Source of the DNA: Raillietiella orientalis
Lineage: Eukaryota
Direction: 5' to 3'
Assembly: GCA_036172245.1 (NCBI GenBank)
Contig: JAYWIR010000006.1
Location: 2,480,001-2,544,000, forward strand
DNA length: 64,000 nucleotides
In this document: positions 26,959 through 39,178 of the stretch, piece by piece
Numbering within the stretch: position 1 is the first letter of the stretch
Layout: every line of letters starts with the position of its first letter
The notes under the pieces: model-generated
Told to the model about the DNA's origin: nothing
The model's database searches: none
Seen by the model: the letters and a program-made list of their open reading frames with translations, nothing else
Program-made: the position numbers and the translations under genes

Positions 26959-27654
26959 ATGCTGGAAAGAAAGAAATGCTGAATGAACAACAGCGTTGCC
27001 TCACAATCGTCCTCGTCAAGCAGCAGTCACAACCGACTCGATTGAATTTATGGGTGGTTCGATTTGAGACGGCCTTTCCGCTTTCAGTATCTTTCTTGCG
27101 GCTTTGAATGGAGGCCTTCTTTCAGGAACGAGGCCGAAGAGCTTCTTTTTTGCAACCGGCACCACCGAACCCGAGAATGCTGTGACTTTTGTGGAATCTT
27201 CTTAGAAATTAAGGCAGTGCTTGTAAGCGCTGGTGCGTTTCTCCTTCGAGGTCTTCCTCGAACCTCTAGAAAAGTCCTCCTCCTCCTCACGGTTCCAGAC
27301 CTTCGGCTTCAAAGAACGGCTGTGAAAATAAAGTAAGGACTTTATTTCGAAGCAGGTTGGGGAAAGTTGGCCTAAATCCCCGCTTCCTCTTTATTTATCT
27401 TGGATGTGCACCGAAATACCCGACGTTGAACGATCATCCCAAACAGCCATCTCTTGTTCGCTCAGATGGGTTTTCCTTGTCATCCCATGAGTGGTCGTTC
27501 ATCCGGCTAGGGCAGATTGGAAATCAAAGATGTAATCATCTTGAGTCGGTGTATAATTGAGACCGCTGCGGGGGAAACTTTCGTGTGACGACATCGCCGT
27601 ACTGCACGTAAAAAAAAAAAGGAGGTTTTGTCGCTGTTTTTTTCCCTTCCAGCA

Positions 27655-28568
27655 TTTTTTTTCAGGTTTTTTAGGTTTTCTTTTTTTTGGTTCGCTAAGT
27701 ACCTCCAGAGTCGGTCGCGCGTCTCGAGGCGCACGTGGCTCTCTAACACTGTTCCACGTTACCCGCGGACGGTGCGTGCTATTCTTCAAGATAGGGGGGG
27801 CACCCCGGAAGGGGGGCCGCCCTATGAATCCAAAAAGGCCCAGAGTCCGTTCCTCTCACGTTTGGGGAGGGGGAATCGCACCTCCCATCCTGGTTGTCTC
27901 CGAAAGGGAACCTAGAAGGAAATCCCCTTCCTCATTCTCTCCAGAGGAACTCCCCGGGAGGGGGGTGGTCCTATCCATTTCATCTTCTCCAAAGGGAACC
28001 CGGAAAGGATCCGCTAATAGGAATTTCTTCTCCGGAGGGAACCCACAAGGGAACCGCTCCTGTTCACTCCTCTGAAGAGAACACCAAAGGGACGCTTCCG
28101 AAACTCAGAAGGGGCGCTGCAGCTTCCCGCAGAGGAATCGCTCTCGCTTGCTTCCTTGCACTCTGTGAAGAGGCGATTCGGAGAGTCCCTCCCGCAACAG
28201 GGGGGGGGTCTGCTCCTTTGAACAACTGGAGAGGTGCCTGTGAAGGTTCCTTACTCCATCTTGAAACCGAAGGGGTCCCCCCGGTGTGGGGGGTCCGCTC
28301 TTCGTTGCACGACTGGAGGGGGAACTCCCCACTCCTTTATTCCTGGGAAGACCCGAAGGTCAATTTCCAATTGTTCCGGCCTTCATCGGGGGCCTCCCGC
28401 TTAATCCACCGCCGGTGCCACGCCCGAATGACTCGGCCAACCAGCGCCGTTGCAGGAGAAACACGGAACCCAAACGACGCAGAGGCGTCAGTTTCTGCCG
28501 GAGGATTCGAACCCGCGACGCATGGTGCCACGCGCGGAAGCCTTAACCACAAACCCTCCGACGCGGGC
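27655..28568 (-). mobile_element. tRNA-headed SINE-like element, copy 1
   Basis: Minus strand starts GCCCGCGTCGGAGGGTTTGTGGTTAAGGCTTCCGCGCGTGGCACCATGCGTCGCGGGTTCGAATCC, with an A-box-like GTGGTTAAG and a B-box GGTTCGAATCC. Collinear with 37744-38470 over about 800 bp. Degenerate A-rich stretch at about 27655-27690. The 3' boundary is approximate. Confidence 0.75.
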
Positions 28569-31500
28569 TGGCACGACGCGCAGACGAATGAGCGCACCCC
28601 CGAAATGCCATTTTTATAAATCGATCACCCTGGTTTCGTGTTTCGAAAAACAGCCGTTTGGCGCGCGTACAAAAATAAGCCCGCGAAGAAACGTCACCCT
28701 GCAGCTCTACAAGTCTCACTTGGTATGCCCACCCAAGGAAAACCCCTTGCGACGGTGCAGGCGCCGATCCGGGAACCCTGGATCGAAAGGGTGTTCGCAG
28801 CTCCGAAACAACGGAAGCGAACCTTCAATTAGCAGGAGGCGAGAAGAGCAGCACCGTTCCGGGCCGCGGAGCGGAGGGGGCGGTGGACCAGCAGTCCGTT
28901 TCCGAGCCGCGTGAACTCTTCCGGATTTGTGCTGGCAGAAAAACAGTTATGGGAAAAAAAAAAATTCCTTTTCGAAAAAAGTGTTTCCAGCCAATTGCAC
29001 ACCTTGCGGTGCACAATCCGGGTGGAAGAAAAATGAGAGGGGAATCAGGTCAGTCGTGGGTGGGTCAGTAGTGCGCTGTGGAAGGATACCCGAATACAGC
29101 TTTCTTCGAATTGTGGCCAATTGAACCACCTTGAACCACGAGGAATTACCTATCTGGAACCGGGAAAAACAACAACAAAAAGGGAAGTTTAAAAGATGGG
29201 CGACCTCATTTCAGAAACGAAACAGTCTGTGGTTCTCGAAGAACTAGCAAAGAAAACAAATTCGGACTGAAGAAACAAAGGAGCAGGAGCCATCGATGTG
29301 GAATTTCCACAGTTTTCTTTTACAGTAGATTAGGCAGTGAAGAGATTAAATGAATTCTTCCTCAGAAAAAAAGTACCCGAGTTTTGATGATATGAAAAGC
29401 ACAGAATGTAGGCCAGAGAATTATAAAGTCTCCTCTTCTCGTGATATAATCTCACTGGCAGCTTCTTATGGCTCCCTCCTTGAGGATTCTTCTGAATGAT
29501 GAGAAACAACGCCTCCATCCGTCAACAGCGCCGTAGATGTCGACAAGCGTCCGGGTATCTGCGGAGTTTAATGGCTGTCCATCTCCGGGCATTAGGAGAG
29601 GAAACCGACTTTTATCCTGGAGGAGCCTGCAAAACAAGGACGGAAACTATGGAAACACTGCTCCGACAATCCCTCCTGATCCACAAGTAAAGATATCCTC
29701 TTTCTTTGTGGAGCAGCGGTCGTTATCCCTATACCCTCAAGCTAGGAATGTTTTCCTGAATAGCGAGCCGCTCAAGATCCCAAGATGTTTTCCTTACTTT
29801 TCTCATAAGATCCATCCGTGATGCTTTTTCGATGCAGCCTCGCTGGCGAGAATGAAGTTTATTTCTTTCGGTTTCCTGGTGTATCATCTGCGAGAGAAGC
29901 ATTGCTCAGGGCAGACCGCAACTCTGACGCACGTTTCCAAGAAGCACCACTCTCTCCCCATCCACGCATCGAATTTTTAGTAGGATTACTTGGGGCTTAC
30001 CAAGTAAATCTTGGGTTACTCACCTATGAATTCGGTTACTGCAGTTTTTCTTTAAGTACCAACTCTGCTTCTGCCTAACTCAAATTCGATGGTCCGCGTG
30101 AGACTGGGTTCAGTCATTATCCATGGCGTAGGTCGTAGAATGTTCCGCCTACGATCGTTCCCTTCCCCTCCTCCCCCCCCTAGAACGCGTCCGCTAGCTA
30201 ATCGCCCATCTGCTTCGCTCTTTTCGAGTCAGTCACTGGTCTGAACTGTCGAAACTCCCCCTCAGCTTCCTGGCGCCCCTGGGACGCAGGCTCGGAAACG
30301 TCTAGGGACGAGGATGCGCTTCCAGACACTGTGGTGTCTCGGAAGGCAAGAGAAAAGGTGTAGGTAACACTTTGGGTTCCCTCTCGAAATTTTTCGTTCC
30401 TGCTCGGGAAACGTGAAAATCGGCCCTCGCGAACCGCTTTCCAAGGATTCTCAAATTAGAAACTTCGGGCTCCCGATTCTCGTTTCGTGTAAGAGTATTT
30501 TGTCATGGAATGTCCACGCCGAGGAATGTCGTGTTCAAGGATACCTTTCTCGTGACCTATTTGCTAAATGCTGTGTCGGATCGAAAGGTATTCATATTAA
30601 AAATCAATGCCTTCTGGTTTCAGCTTTCTCTCTTCTTCCGTGCCCACAAGAGTCGCGCTTGAACGCGAGCCTCAGTTCTGTGTTGGGGTTCGTGGCTTCA
30701 TTTCTATCAAGTCCCTCAGCAGTTTGAATTGACTCTTGGCATACATCCCCTGCTCACTGGTGATCATTAGACACGGAAAAAGATGTATTCCTTACGCACA
30801 CGGAGTACTCCTTATCTATCTTACTGAATCAGAGATCTAGTTTCCAAACAGCACTCCAAATGGGTTTAACTCTTGTTTATCGCTACTTACCCGGAATTGT
30901 AAAAGAGGCTTGCAGAAGTCCGTCTACATAGGTCTTTCGCTAATGAGCTTCAGGGACACGATCGAAAACAGGGAAAATCCAAAATCGGACAGGGAGATCC
31001 ATGGAGAAAAAATTGTTCTCAAGTGGATTCGCGTTGATTGTGCACTTTTTCTTTCATTTTCAGCGTATCACTTCAAGGGAACTATTGATGCTGGCAAAAT
31101 CTTCCTTCTTCCCCTTCTGTTTCGTCACTTAACTATGTGCAGTAATTTTCATGTCAGCATGGCACTGTCGTATAACATACTCATTTTTAGATTGTGGGAT
31201 AAATGCAGCCAGAAAAGTCGCAAACAAAATATGAGCTCGGGGTGGTGCTACTTTGACCAAGGGCAGCAGGAGCTCTGGTCATGGTTTTTCGAAACTCTGC
31301 AGAAGACGTACAGAAAGAATCGTGGCCGATGCACCGCCCTTTGCATTCCGTGCAATGGGAATCATCTTCGGAGTGGATGTGCCCACGTCTCCACGAGCAC
31401 CACGTCTTCTGAAGCAAAGGCTCATGCAACACATATACTATTGTGTGGGTGTCCCACGGAGGATTTTTTTTGAGGCTTTGAGGTTAAGGATTCCTCAAAT

Positions 31501-34500
31501 ATCGCTGAAGTTTTGTTCATGTTTTAAAAAATCATAAGTTCCTTGATAAATGCCTGCTGTGTCAAAATGGTCGAGAGCCTTGTTGTTGGCATGCAGTTTT
31601 TTTTTCCTAGCATTATGAAACTTCTACTGGAACAGACCCATCCTCTGGAGCTGGAAAGCACTGCCTGTGAAATTATCGCTCTCAAAAAAAAGTTTCCCAT
31701 GATTTATTTATTAAGGAATTAGTCACGCCTTGAGTTTCCTCAGGGATAATCATCTCAGTCACATGACCGGACTGTTCGTCAGGCCACAGCTTCTGCGGCT
31801 TTTGTGATGGATTGTAATAAAGCTTTGCATGCTATATGCCCATTCCACAGATTATTAGAGGATCCGTACGCATATTGATGACAGTGATTTCAGTCGACTC
31901 ATCAAGATCGGTTTCTTAAGTGGATCATAATGAACTCTTTCTTATGTGACACACACAATTTGTCCATTGGAGTTCTTAGATTACTTTCGTTGAGAGTAGA
32001 AATACTAAAGCATCTGTTGCAGAAATAGTGAGAACTGATTGCTACACTGCCATCAGTGATAAATATGAATTCAAGTAGATTCATAGGACTAGTCATTTTC
32101 GCATAAATTTCTTGAAAATTCAAACTTGAAACTCTTACGTCTGGTATCGGCATCCTATTCTTTAGATTGTGAACGGAATATTTGTTCACACAAACTTAAT
32201 TTTATTTGCTATGAGAACGTAGTTAGAATACGTTGTTATTTCAACTCTTAATGTATCACATTGTACTGTATTTACCAAGTTAATGATGTAAAAATTAGCC
32301 TTTTTAGATTGATTTACGATAGGTTCAGATGCTTCCTGTAAAATGGTCACCTTCTAATAATTTTGGATTCGGCCGCAAGTATCGGCATCGTGACCAAGAT
32401 TCTCTTGACAGACATGAAAGAGTGTTACCAAAAGTAAAAGTGCCGTATCACCACTCTCTCTCAAATCAAAACATTTACATATTCCCTGCCGTGAAACAGA
32501 ATCATCTTGTTCATTTTACATGCCGAAACACCTTTTTGGAAATGAATTTTTTCAATTTTTATACTATGATCCGATTGCGTTTGTGAAGAAAATTTGTAAG
32601 ACACTTCATAATGGAGATCTGGTATAGAAATCACATGATGTTTTATAATTGCGAAAGGCATCTTTGCCCCGAAAACGCTCGTTTCCCTTAAAACCTTCGT
32701 CCTACCCATAGCATCCGGAAAAGAATTTTTGTGTAGCCACGATCTTGCCAAAGTTGAAGGACGTTATCCAACACAATCTTCTTTTTTCTCTTCTTCAATC
32801 CGTCGGAAATTAGAAGTCCTTGTGTCCAGCCAATCTGGCTTAAACCGGAGCAAGAAGGGAAAAACAGCCGATTAAGATGAGTGTCTTGTACAAGTGTATT
32901 GAATAAGACCACTTTGCAGGTGGACGGTGTCTTTCTGTGGAGGACTCGGGCTGCTGGTTAGAATGCCGGAGGCTCAGTTCACGAACCAAGCACGACTAGG
33001 AAGAGATCCTTTGATGATCGTGTAGATCTTCGCCGGTGCTCGCTTGGTCCTCCACGAAAGTTTAATGTTCTGTTTGCTCCTCTGAAATCTAATCTGTTCT
33101 GTTTGCAAATTAGCAGCATTTTCAGAATGAATCACTTGAACTGATTGCATGTTTTCGATTACGAGAGTTTTGATTTTTGGAGCATTGGTGGCCAGTAAAC
33201 ACTCCTGCGTGGCTTTTTAAAATTGGACATGTTGAACAAAAATAACAAATAAAAACGATTAGAACAACAAATAGTGTGGATTTTCCTTTTCATGGAATGA
33301 TACTGATTAATCAATAAAAGAGCACACGATAGGAATAGAAAAATATTTCTTCCGGAAGTATGGGTTGGATTGGGTCTGAAAATCATGCATAAATGTATTT
33401 TCTCTTCTTTACCACACTCTTTGCCTACTCTTTTCCCTCAAAGTAATCGAATTATTATCCTTTTCCCCCATAGCAATGCAAAAATATATTGGAGTCTGGT
33501 ATTCCCAAAGCTGCATCAGTCTTTGAGACCCAAGCAGTGTTTTCATAGGGCAATTATTTCCATAGCGGCTAGGAAAAAATTTCCTTCATGAGTAGAGACT
33601 GTTTGATCTGTAGAAAAGCGGAGTATTGTTTTACTTTGAACAATAATTTGGCGTGATTTAGTGTTAAGATTACAATAAGGGTTCATTTTTGCAGATTCAG
33701 AACCTTTAAGGACAAATGGCTTCATTGCAGCAGTAAGCACACAGATTGATACAAGGAAAACTTAACGGTTTGTAGAGTATTCACTAAATTTTTTTTTTTT
33801 AGATTTCTCTTGAAAATTCATTCGACAAGTTCATTCCTTCTCATGTTTTGATCATCAACATTGAAGATGTCTCTAGATATGTTAATGAAGTTTTCATGAA
33901 AGCCATATGCATTAACAGAATAAAAAGGAAGTTTTGGAATACATGGTTAGTGTACTGTCCGTTTTATTTCTTATACAAGCAGGAGAAATCGGTTGAAGAA
34001 AATGTTAGTGTGTAATAATTTTGTGATGCATCATGTAGCATCAAGGTAAAGGTTAAGCACATATGAGATGTTTCACTGATGTCACATGGTTTAGAAGCAA
34101 GCTTTTCTTTGCATTAAGCATTGTAGCTAACAGAATGGATTGAGCAACAGAAATATGTTTATTTCATTTAGATTTGGTGTCTGCCAAATGAAATGAAATG
34201 TATTGAATGTGAACAGCAAGTTTCATGTCAAATCTATCTGAGCTTGCTCTGCCTCATAAGCAAACATTGATGTCCTGATCCTCTAGGATACCACAAGGAC
34301 CATTATAGAATCTCCCTCTTCGTAATTTGTGGAAACGAATGCTTCCATTTACAATTAGCAGTCTAATTTAAGGATTATGCTAAGAGGTTGACTAGTCATA
34401 ATAGTGTGCCTAAATAGGGGGTAAAATAAAATGTATCAAGATAATGTTGGTTTCCAATTGGATTTCAATGTCTGGAGATCTGTTGGGATTTTCTGCATAT

Positions 34501-34679
34501 TTATTTATCAAATAGCTAACTTCTAGTTCACTTGCAGATATGCTGCACATGACTACTGCCTGGAAATTGTCTATGGTATTGTAAGGTGGTGGATGGATCA
34601 TCCCATGTGAAAAACTACCTCTCATTTTTAAAGTGATGACACCCAGATTTCTCTTTGGTAATTAAGTTGTGCTGATACA

Positions 34680-35084
34680 ATGTCCACTGCAATGTTGAAG
34701 AGAAAGCTTGTCTTGGAAAATTATGACAGTCACCCAATCAAATGGCGGATCAGACCATGTGATATCCAGAATGATGTCTATATGGATACCTTCGTGCCAG
34801 AAATACATAAGCATATTATGCCAACCTTTCAGCAATTGTCACATACACTTGCTGACAGTAAGCAGCAGCATTTGCCCATTCATAATCAGCAAACTACTGT
34901 GGAACTTTGTAGTTTCTGTTTTATCCTTGAAGACCTGATGTTGTGCTCTTACTGTGAAAAAAGGTTATGTGGAAACTGTGCATTGTGTTGTTTCCTCTGT
35001 GAAGAGCCATTTTGCCAAAATTGTTCCCTACCACATTATGAACAGAAACTTGATTTTCGTATCTGCTTATCCTGCAACAAGTAG
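34680..35084 (+). CDS. SIVA1: Siva-like apoptosis regulatory zinc-finger protein, 134 aa, intronless CDS
   Basis: N-terminal MLKRK followed by a C-terminal Cys array CSFC...CSYCEKRLCGNCALCCFLCEEPFCQNCSLPHY...ICLSC, the Siva cysteine spacing ending in CLSC. ATG in acaATG context; AATAAA about 65 nt after the stop. Confidence 0.85.
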   Translation: MSTAMLKRKLVLENYDSHPIKWRIRPCDIQNDVYMDTFVPEIHKHIMPTFQQLSHTLADSKQQHLPIHNQQTTVELCSFCFILEDLMLCSYCEKRLCGNCALCCFLCEEPFCQNCSLPHYEQKLDFRICLSCNK

Positions 35085-35148
35085 ATGCTGACTGTTAAGA
35101 CCTCCAGCTTGGTTGATGTGACTGTTCATTGCCTGTTTTTATGGACAT

Positions 35149-35154
35149 AATAAA
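35149..35154 (+). promoter_or_regulatory. Putative polyadenylation signal of the Siva-like gene
   Basis: AATAAA just downstream of the TAG at 35082-35084. Confidence 0.45.
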
Positions 35155-36911
35155 TTATAGCCATTTAGTATTAAGCTGTCTATTTGGTATGCTCTAAAAG
35201 TCGTATCCGCCACATATCCTTTACCTTGGCATCACAGCCTAAAGGGTTACATGCTTAATTCACATGAATATTTTAGTACCGTTACTTGTGATGGCCGTGC
35301 ATTCATGTGTTGAATTTATCAGATGCTTTACAAGACCAAAGTGCGATGCATGAAGGAGCAGTGCACTGCAAAGTGCTTGCGACTCGAAAAATTACATTTT
35401 CTAGTGCAGTTGAACTTTCATTTTTGGTGTGTTTTTTTTTCTTTTCTTTTTTGAAAGAAAATTTCGTCATCAGTTGATGCTTTCCTTGTCTGCACACTTC
35501 ATTTCATCACAATTTGCAAAATGTAAAGAATTATTCCACATGCACGGATGTGAACCATGCTCCAAGATTCTGTGGAACAAATGCTGGTTGAAAGTCACCG
35601 TGAACTGACTTTTCCAAGCCCCGATTTACTATTTCGACATGTGGAGTTCATGAATTGGGACTTATAGGAACCATCTAAGGTGCTTTGGGTCAAAGGGCGT
35701 GCATCGATTTCAGATTTCATCTTGAAGCCTGTACATTGTGCTTTGGTGCTCACCGTCGATGAATTCATACGCAGCTAGTAAATTTTCTTATGCTCAGCTT
35801 CAAATGATGCTGAAGTTTTGTAGGTTTTTCTCAAGCCACAGTATACAAAGAGCCATCCCATCGACACCTTCCGGGAATATGTTGTAGCAGCCCGGTCAGA
35901 CGTGCCGTTCGAGCGTTGGTCACGTACAGGCGTGATTGCATTTGCAAAGGGAATGGTTATTCCAGCCTTGCCGTTCCTCGCCTTCCTTCTTGAAGAAGCT
36001 GTTTGACTTTTCCACCCGTGCTCGAAGAAACGGAACAGGGAATTTCGAGAGAGGAGATGCACCGCCCTTCTTCAGGGTGAAGATGTGTTCTTCGTGGGTT
36101 CTGTGATTTTCGAAGTGGACGGCTCGCACATCCTCTGCCAGCGATTTGGAATTTTCTTCTACATCTCAAAAATGAGTTTCTTGCAGTTATACTTTTGAAA
36201 TGCTGAGTGAAAATTTGTCGCTTTTGGGTGCTGATAATGATCAGGAGATCGTACGTTCCTTTTTTGTACTATAATCTCTTTTTCTGATATGGTGAATCTT
36301 TCCTTCTATTTTATTTCTCTCTGTTTTTTTTTTTTTTTTTGTGGCTGATTTTTTCAACCTTGCTCCTTTTCGAAACACCGATCTCTGGGTCAAATTTAGT
36401 TGTACTTTGTTTCCTCTCCCCCCCCCCCTTTCTCTCTCTCTCTCTCATATCTATGGATGACCTTAAAGTGCGTTCATTTGCTCAGCAGCTGATGAATTCT
36501 TCCACTGTGGGTGGCATTCGTGGACACCTCGTTTTTCATCATAAACCCTCAGAAATGGATATGGTTCTCAAATGAGCGGTCCTCAGTGAAAAGAAAGCAT
36601 CAGTTTCTGTGCGACGGACGCCAAATAAAAGACCGCTCTTGCGATCACGAGGAGTGTGTATTCCCTTATAACAGCTGAATTCAGCTGGTTGCCCATTTTT
36701 CATGGAGCACATTTGCTGCCCCTGTGCTTGTCATCTTCCTCCTGGATCACCTGATTTCTCAATCTTGCCCGTAAAGGACGTATTTTTAGTCCTCCTCAGC
36801 AAAAGCATTAGGTTTACGAAATGTCTTACATGACCCTCGTTGAAACCTTCATGCATAAGATGGTCACTAAGTTTCTAAGCATCGCTTTTCATAAAAGTGT
36901 ACGAAAACATT

Positions 36912-36943
36912 TGTGTGTGTGTGTGTGTGTGGGGGGGGGGGGG
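36912..36943 (+). repeat. (TG)10 microsatellite running into a poly-G tract
   Basis: Direct reading of the sequence. Confidence 0.92.
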
Positions 36944-37743
36944 AAAGAAGCATAGTAGACATGCCAACCACTTTTCATAGCACTTAATCAAAATGAATGG
37001 AGATACTCTCAGCAAGCAACGCAGCTGGCTCCCAACACATCCGTTCATTTTTCTTAAGTGATCTGCTCTGCATTGCCATGCTTACAAGTGAAACCCTTGC
37101 AAGATTTGAAATGTCCTTCTGATCGTTAAATGAAATCATAAAGGTTGTTTCAGAGCTTGGGCTAAGGATTATTTGATGGAGATCAGGATCTTTCCCGTTC
37201 CTTCTTTCAGATTGATTTCACAAGTTGATGCGCACATTTATCATACCGAGCGAGGTAATGAAGGGAAGTGTCCTTACTGTTTCGATCTTTATCCTCTTTC
37301 CTTGGGCTTCAAATAATTATTTACTTTCCGCTCACCTCCAGCCATTCACCATCACATTTTCCACCCCTGTAGACCCCCAGTTGATCCACGGCACGCGCAT
37401 TTCATTCTCGATTTCCCATTCCGAGCGGAAAATAATAAATTTCATTTTTATCACTGATTGCTTTCCTTTTTTTTTAGTGCCTCTGCCACATTCTGCTGCT
37501 TCCCCTTCCCTATCTGTTGCAGCAGAGCTTTTTGTCTCTTTACAGTCTCGTTTTGGTAACAGTCAGTAGACAAGATTCATAAAAGCCATGGTGATACCAG
37601 CCAGAGAACCGGGATAATGAGCGGGAAGTGTGACATTTCATTCCGATCCCCCTCCTTGCAGTACGTCGAACGAAAGTCTTCATAGCCGCGATTGCCTTCA
37701 CATTTGCCAACCACCACTTCTTTTCTGTCTTCGCGGTTCTTCG

Positions 37744-38470
37744 ACACGGTTCCACGCCACCCGAGGGTGAGTAATTTTTCAAGATAGGGGATATTCCGGG
37801 AGGGATCCTCCCTATGAATCCAGGAAGGACTCGGAGTCCGTTCCTCTCACGCCTGGGGAGGGATCCCCGGAAATGGAGATCACCTCCACCCTGGTTGTCT
37901 CCGAAGGGGAATCCAGAAGGGAACCTCCTTCCTTATTCTCTCCGGAGGACCCCCGGGGGGTCCGCTCCATTCTTTCTTCTCTGAAGGGAACACGGAAAGG
38001 TTCCAATCCTGGAATTTTTTCTCCGGAGGGATCCGATCCTGTTTTATAGTCCTCTGAAGAGAACCCAGAAGGTGACGCATCCGACATTCAGAAGGACGCA
38101 GCTTCCCCGAAGGGATTGGCTCGCTTCTCTGCACTCTCTGGAGAGGTGGTGGCGACACACCTACTCCACCAGTACGAAGCCGAGGGTCCCCCCGGAATGG
38201 GGGTTCGCTCCTTCACAACCGGAGGGCAGCTCCCACTCCGTGATTCCTGGAAGGACCCGGAGGTCGACTCCCATTTGTCCCGGCTCTCATCGGGGGCATC
38301 CGGTTTGAACCGCTTCCAGTGCCGCACCCGGATGAATGTAGGCCAGCCAGAGTCATCTTGTGGGGTGAACTCGAAACCCACGACGCGCCGCGTCGATTCC
38401 TTCGGAGTATTCGAACCCACGACGCATGGTGCGCGGAGACTACCGTAACCACACGGCCTCCGACGCGGGC
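37744..38470 (-). mobile_element. tRNA-headed SINE-like element, copy 2
   Basis: Minus strand starts GCCCGCGTCGGAGGCCGTGTGGTTACGGTAGTCTCCGCGCACCATGCGTCGTGGGTTCGAATACTCC. Shares the blocks TTCAAGATAGGGG, CCCTATGAATCCA, GAGTCCGTTCCTCTCACG, CCTGGTTGTCTCCGAA and TCCTCTGAAGAGAAC with copy 1. Confidence 0.75.
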
Positions 38471-39178
38471 AGAATCACTCCGTGACGCCTGAGGCTTTCG
38501 AAAAGTTCCGTGTGTACGTGAAAACACGTGACCTCATCATCTCTGCTTCGGGATAACCTTAAACCGAATGCATCTACTAACAGATAAACAGGGACTACCA
38601 CTTCTGGCTTGGTTCCTTTACTCCGGTTGGCCTGAGCAGCCGCCTCCTGCCTCGCCACAACATGTAGCCGACCATCGGGTGATTTCCAAGTCTCCCTTCT
38701 CCTGGAGATTTCACGGGGAGCAGCCGAACCTGCTCTGGCCTGCCTACGAACCTCGATCAGCAAATTGGAGACAAGCGACTGTATTGGTGATGCTGGCACG
38801 TGCTCATGAATCTAATTTATTTCATGGAATTGGCAGGGGGAGTGCTTTGTTTATCAGAGTGTCGGAACGGTGTTATCAGAGAAGGAGCTGATTGCACGGC
38901 TGTGCTTTGCTCTCATTTATCGTGCCTGATACGTTCAGGATTGATTCCTGTAATCGCGAAAGGTACGTGGACCACACGTTCACCGAAGTGAGTCGTGAGC
39001 GAGGTTTGCTTGGAACCAACGAGAGGCTCGGATTATCGATGCAAATTTCGCGGCAATTTATCTGTTAGTAGATGCATTCGGCTTAAGGTTATCCCGAAGT
39101 AGAGACGATGACGTCACGTGTTTTCACGTACACACGGAACTTTTCGGAAGCCTCAGGCGCTACGGAGTGATGCTGCCC
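38467..39178. mobile_element. MITE / non-autonomous DNA transposon with 122 bp terminal inverted repeats (possibly PIF/Harbinger-type)
   Basis: 38467-38588 is the reverse complement of 39057-39178, with 8 mismatches by manual comparison. TIRs begin GGGCAG and the right flank is TTA. The ~470 bp interior has no recognisable transposase. Confidence 0.85.

Noticed and set aside
27893..28190. CRISPR-like repeat-spacer reading of the ~45 bp periodic units
   Set aside because: The units are highly degenerate, sit inside a dispersed eukaryotic repeat and have no cas genes nearby.
28497..28568. Intact tRNA gene
   Set aside because: Has a B-box and a T-arm-like stem but no acceptor-stem pairing or canonical D-arm; better explained as a SINE head.
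30088..30125. CGTGAGACTGGGTTCAG resembling large-subunit rRNA
   Set aside because: Only a short, rearranged resemblance; the flanks do not continue as rRNA.
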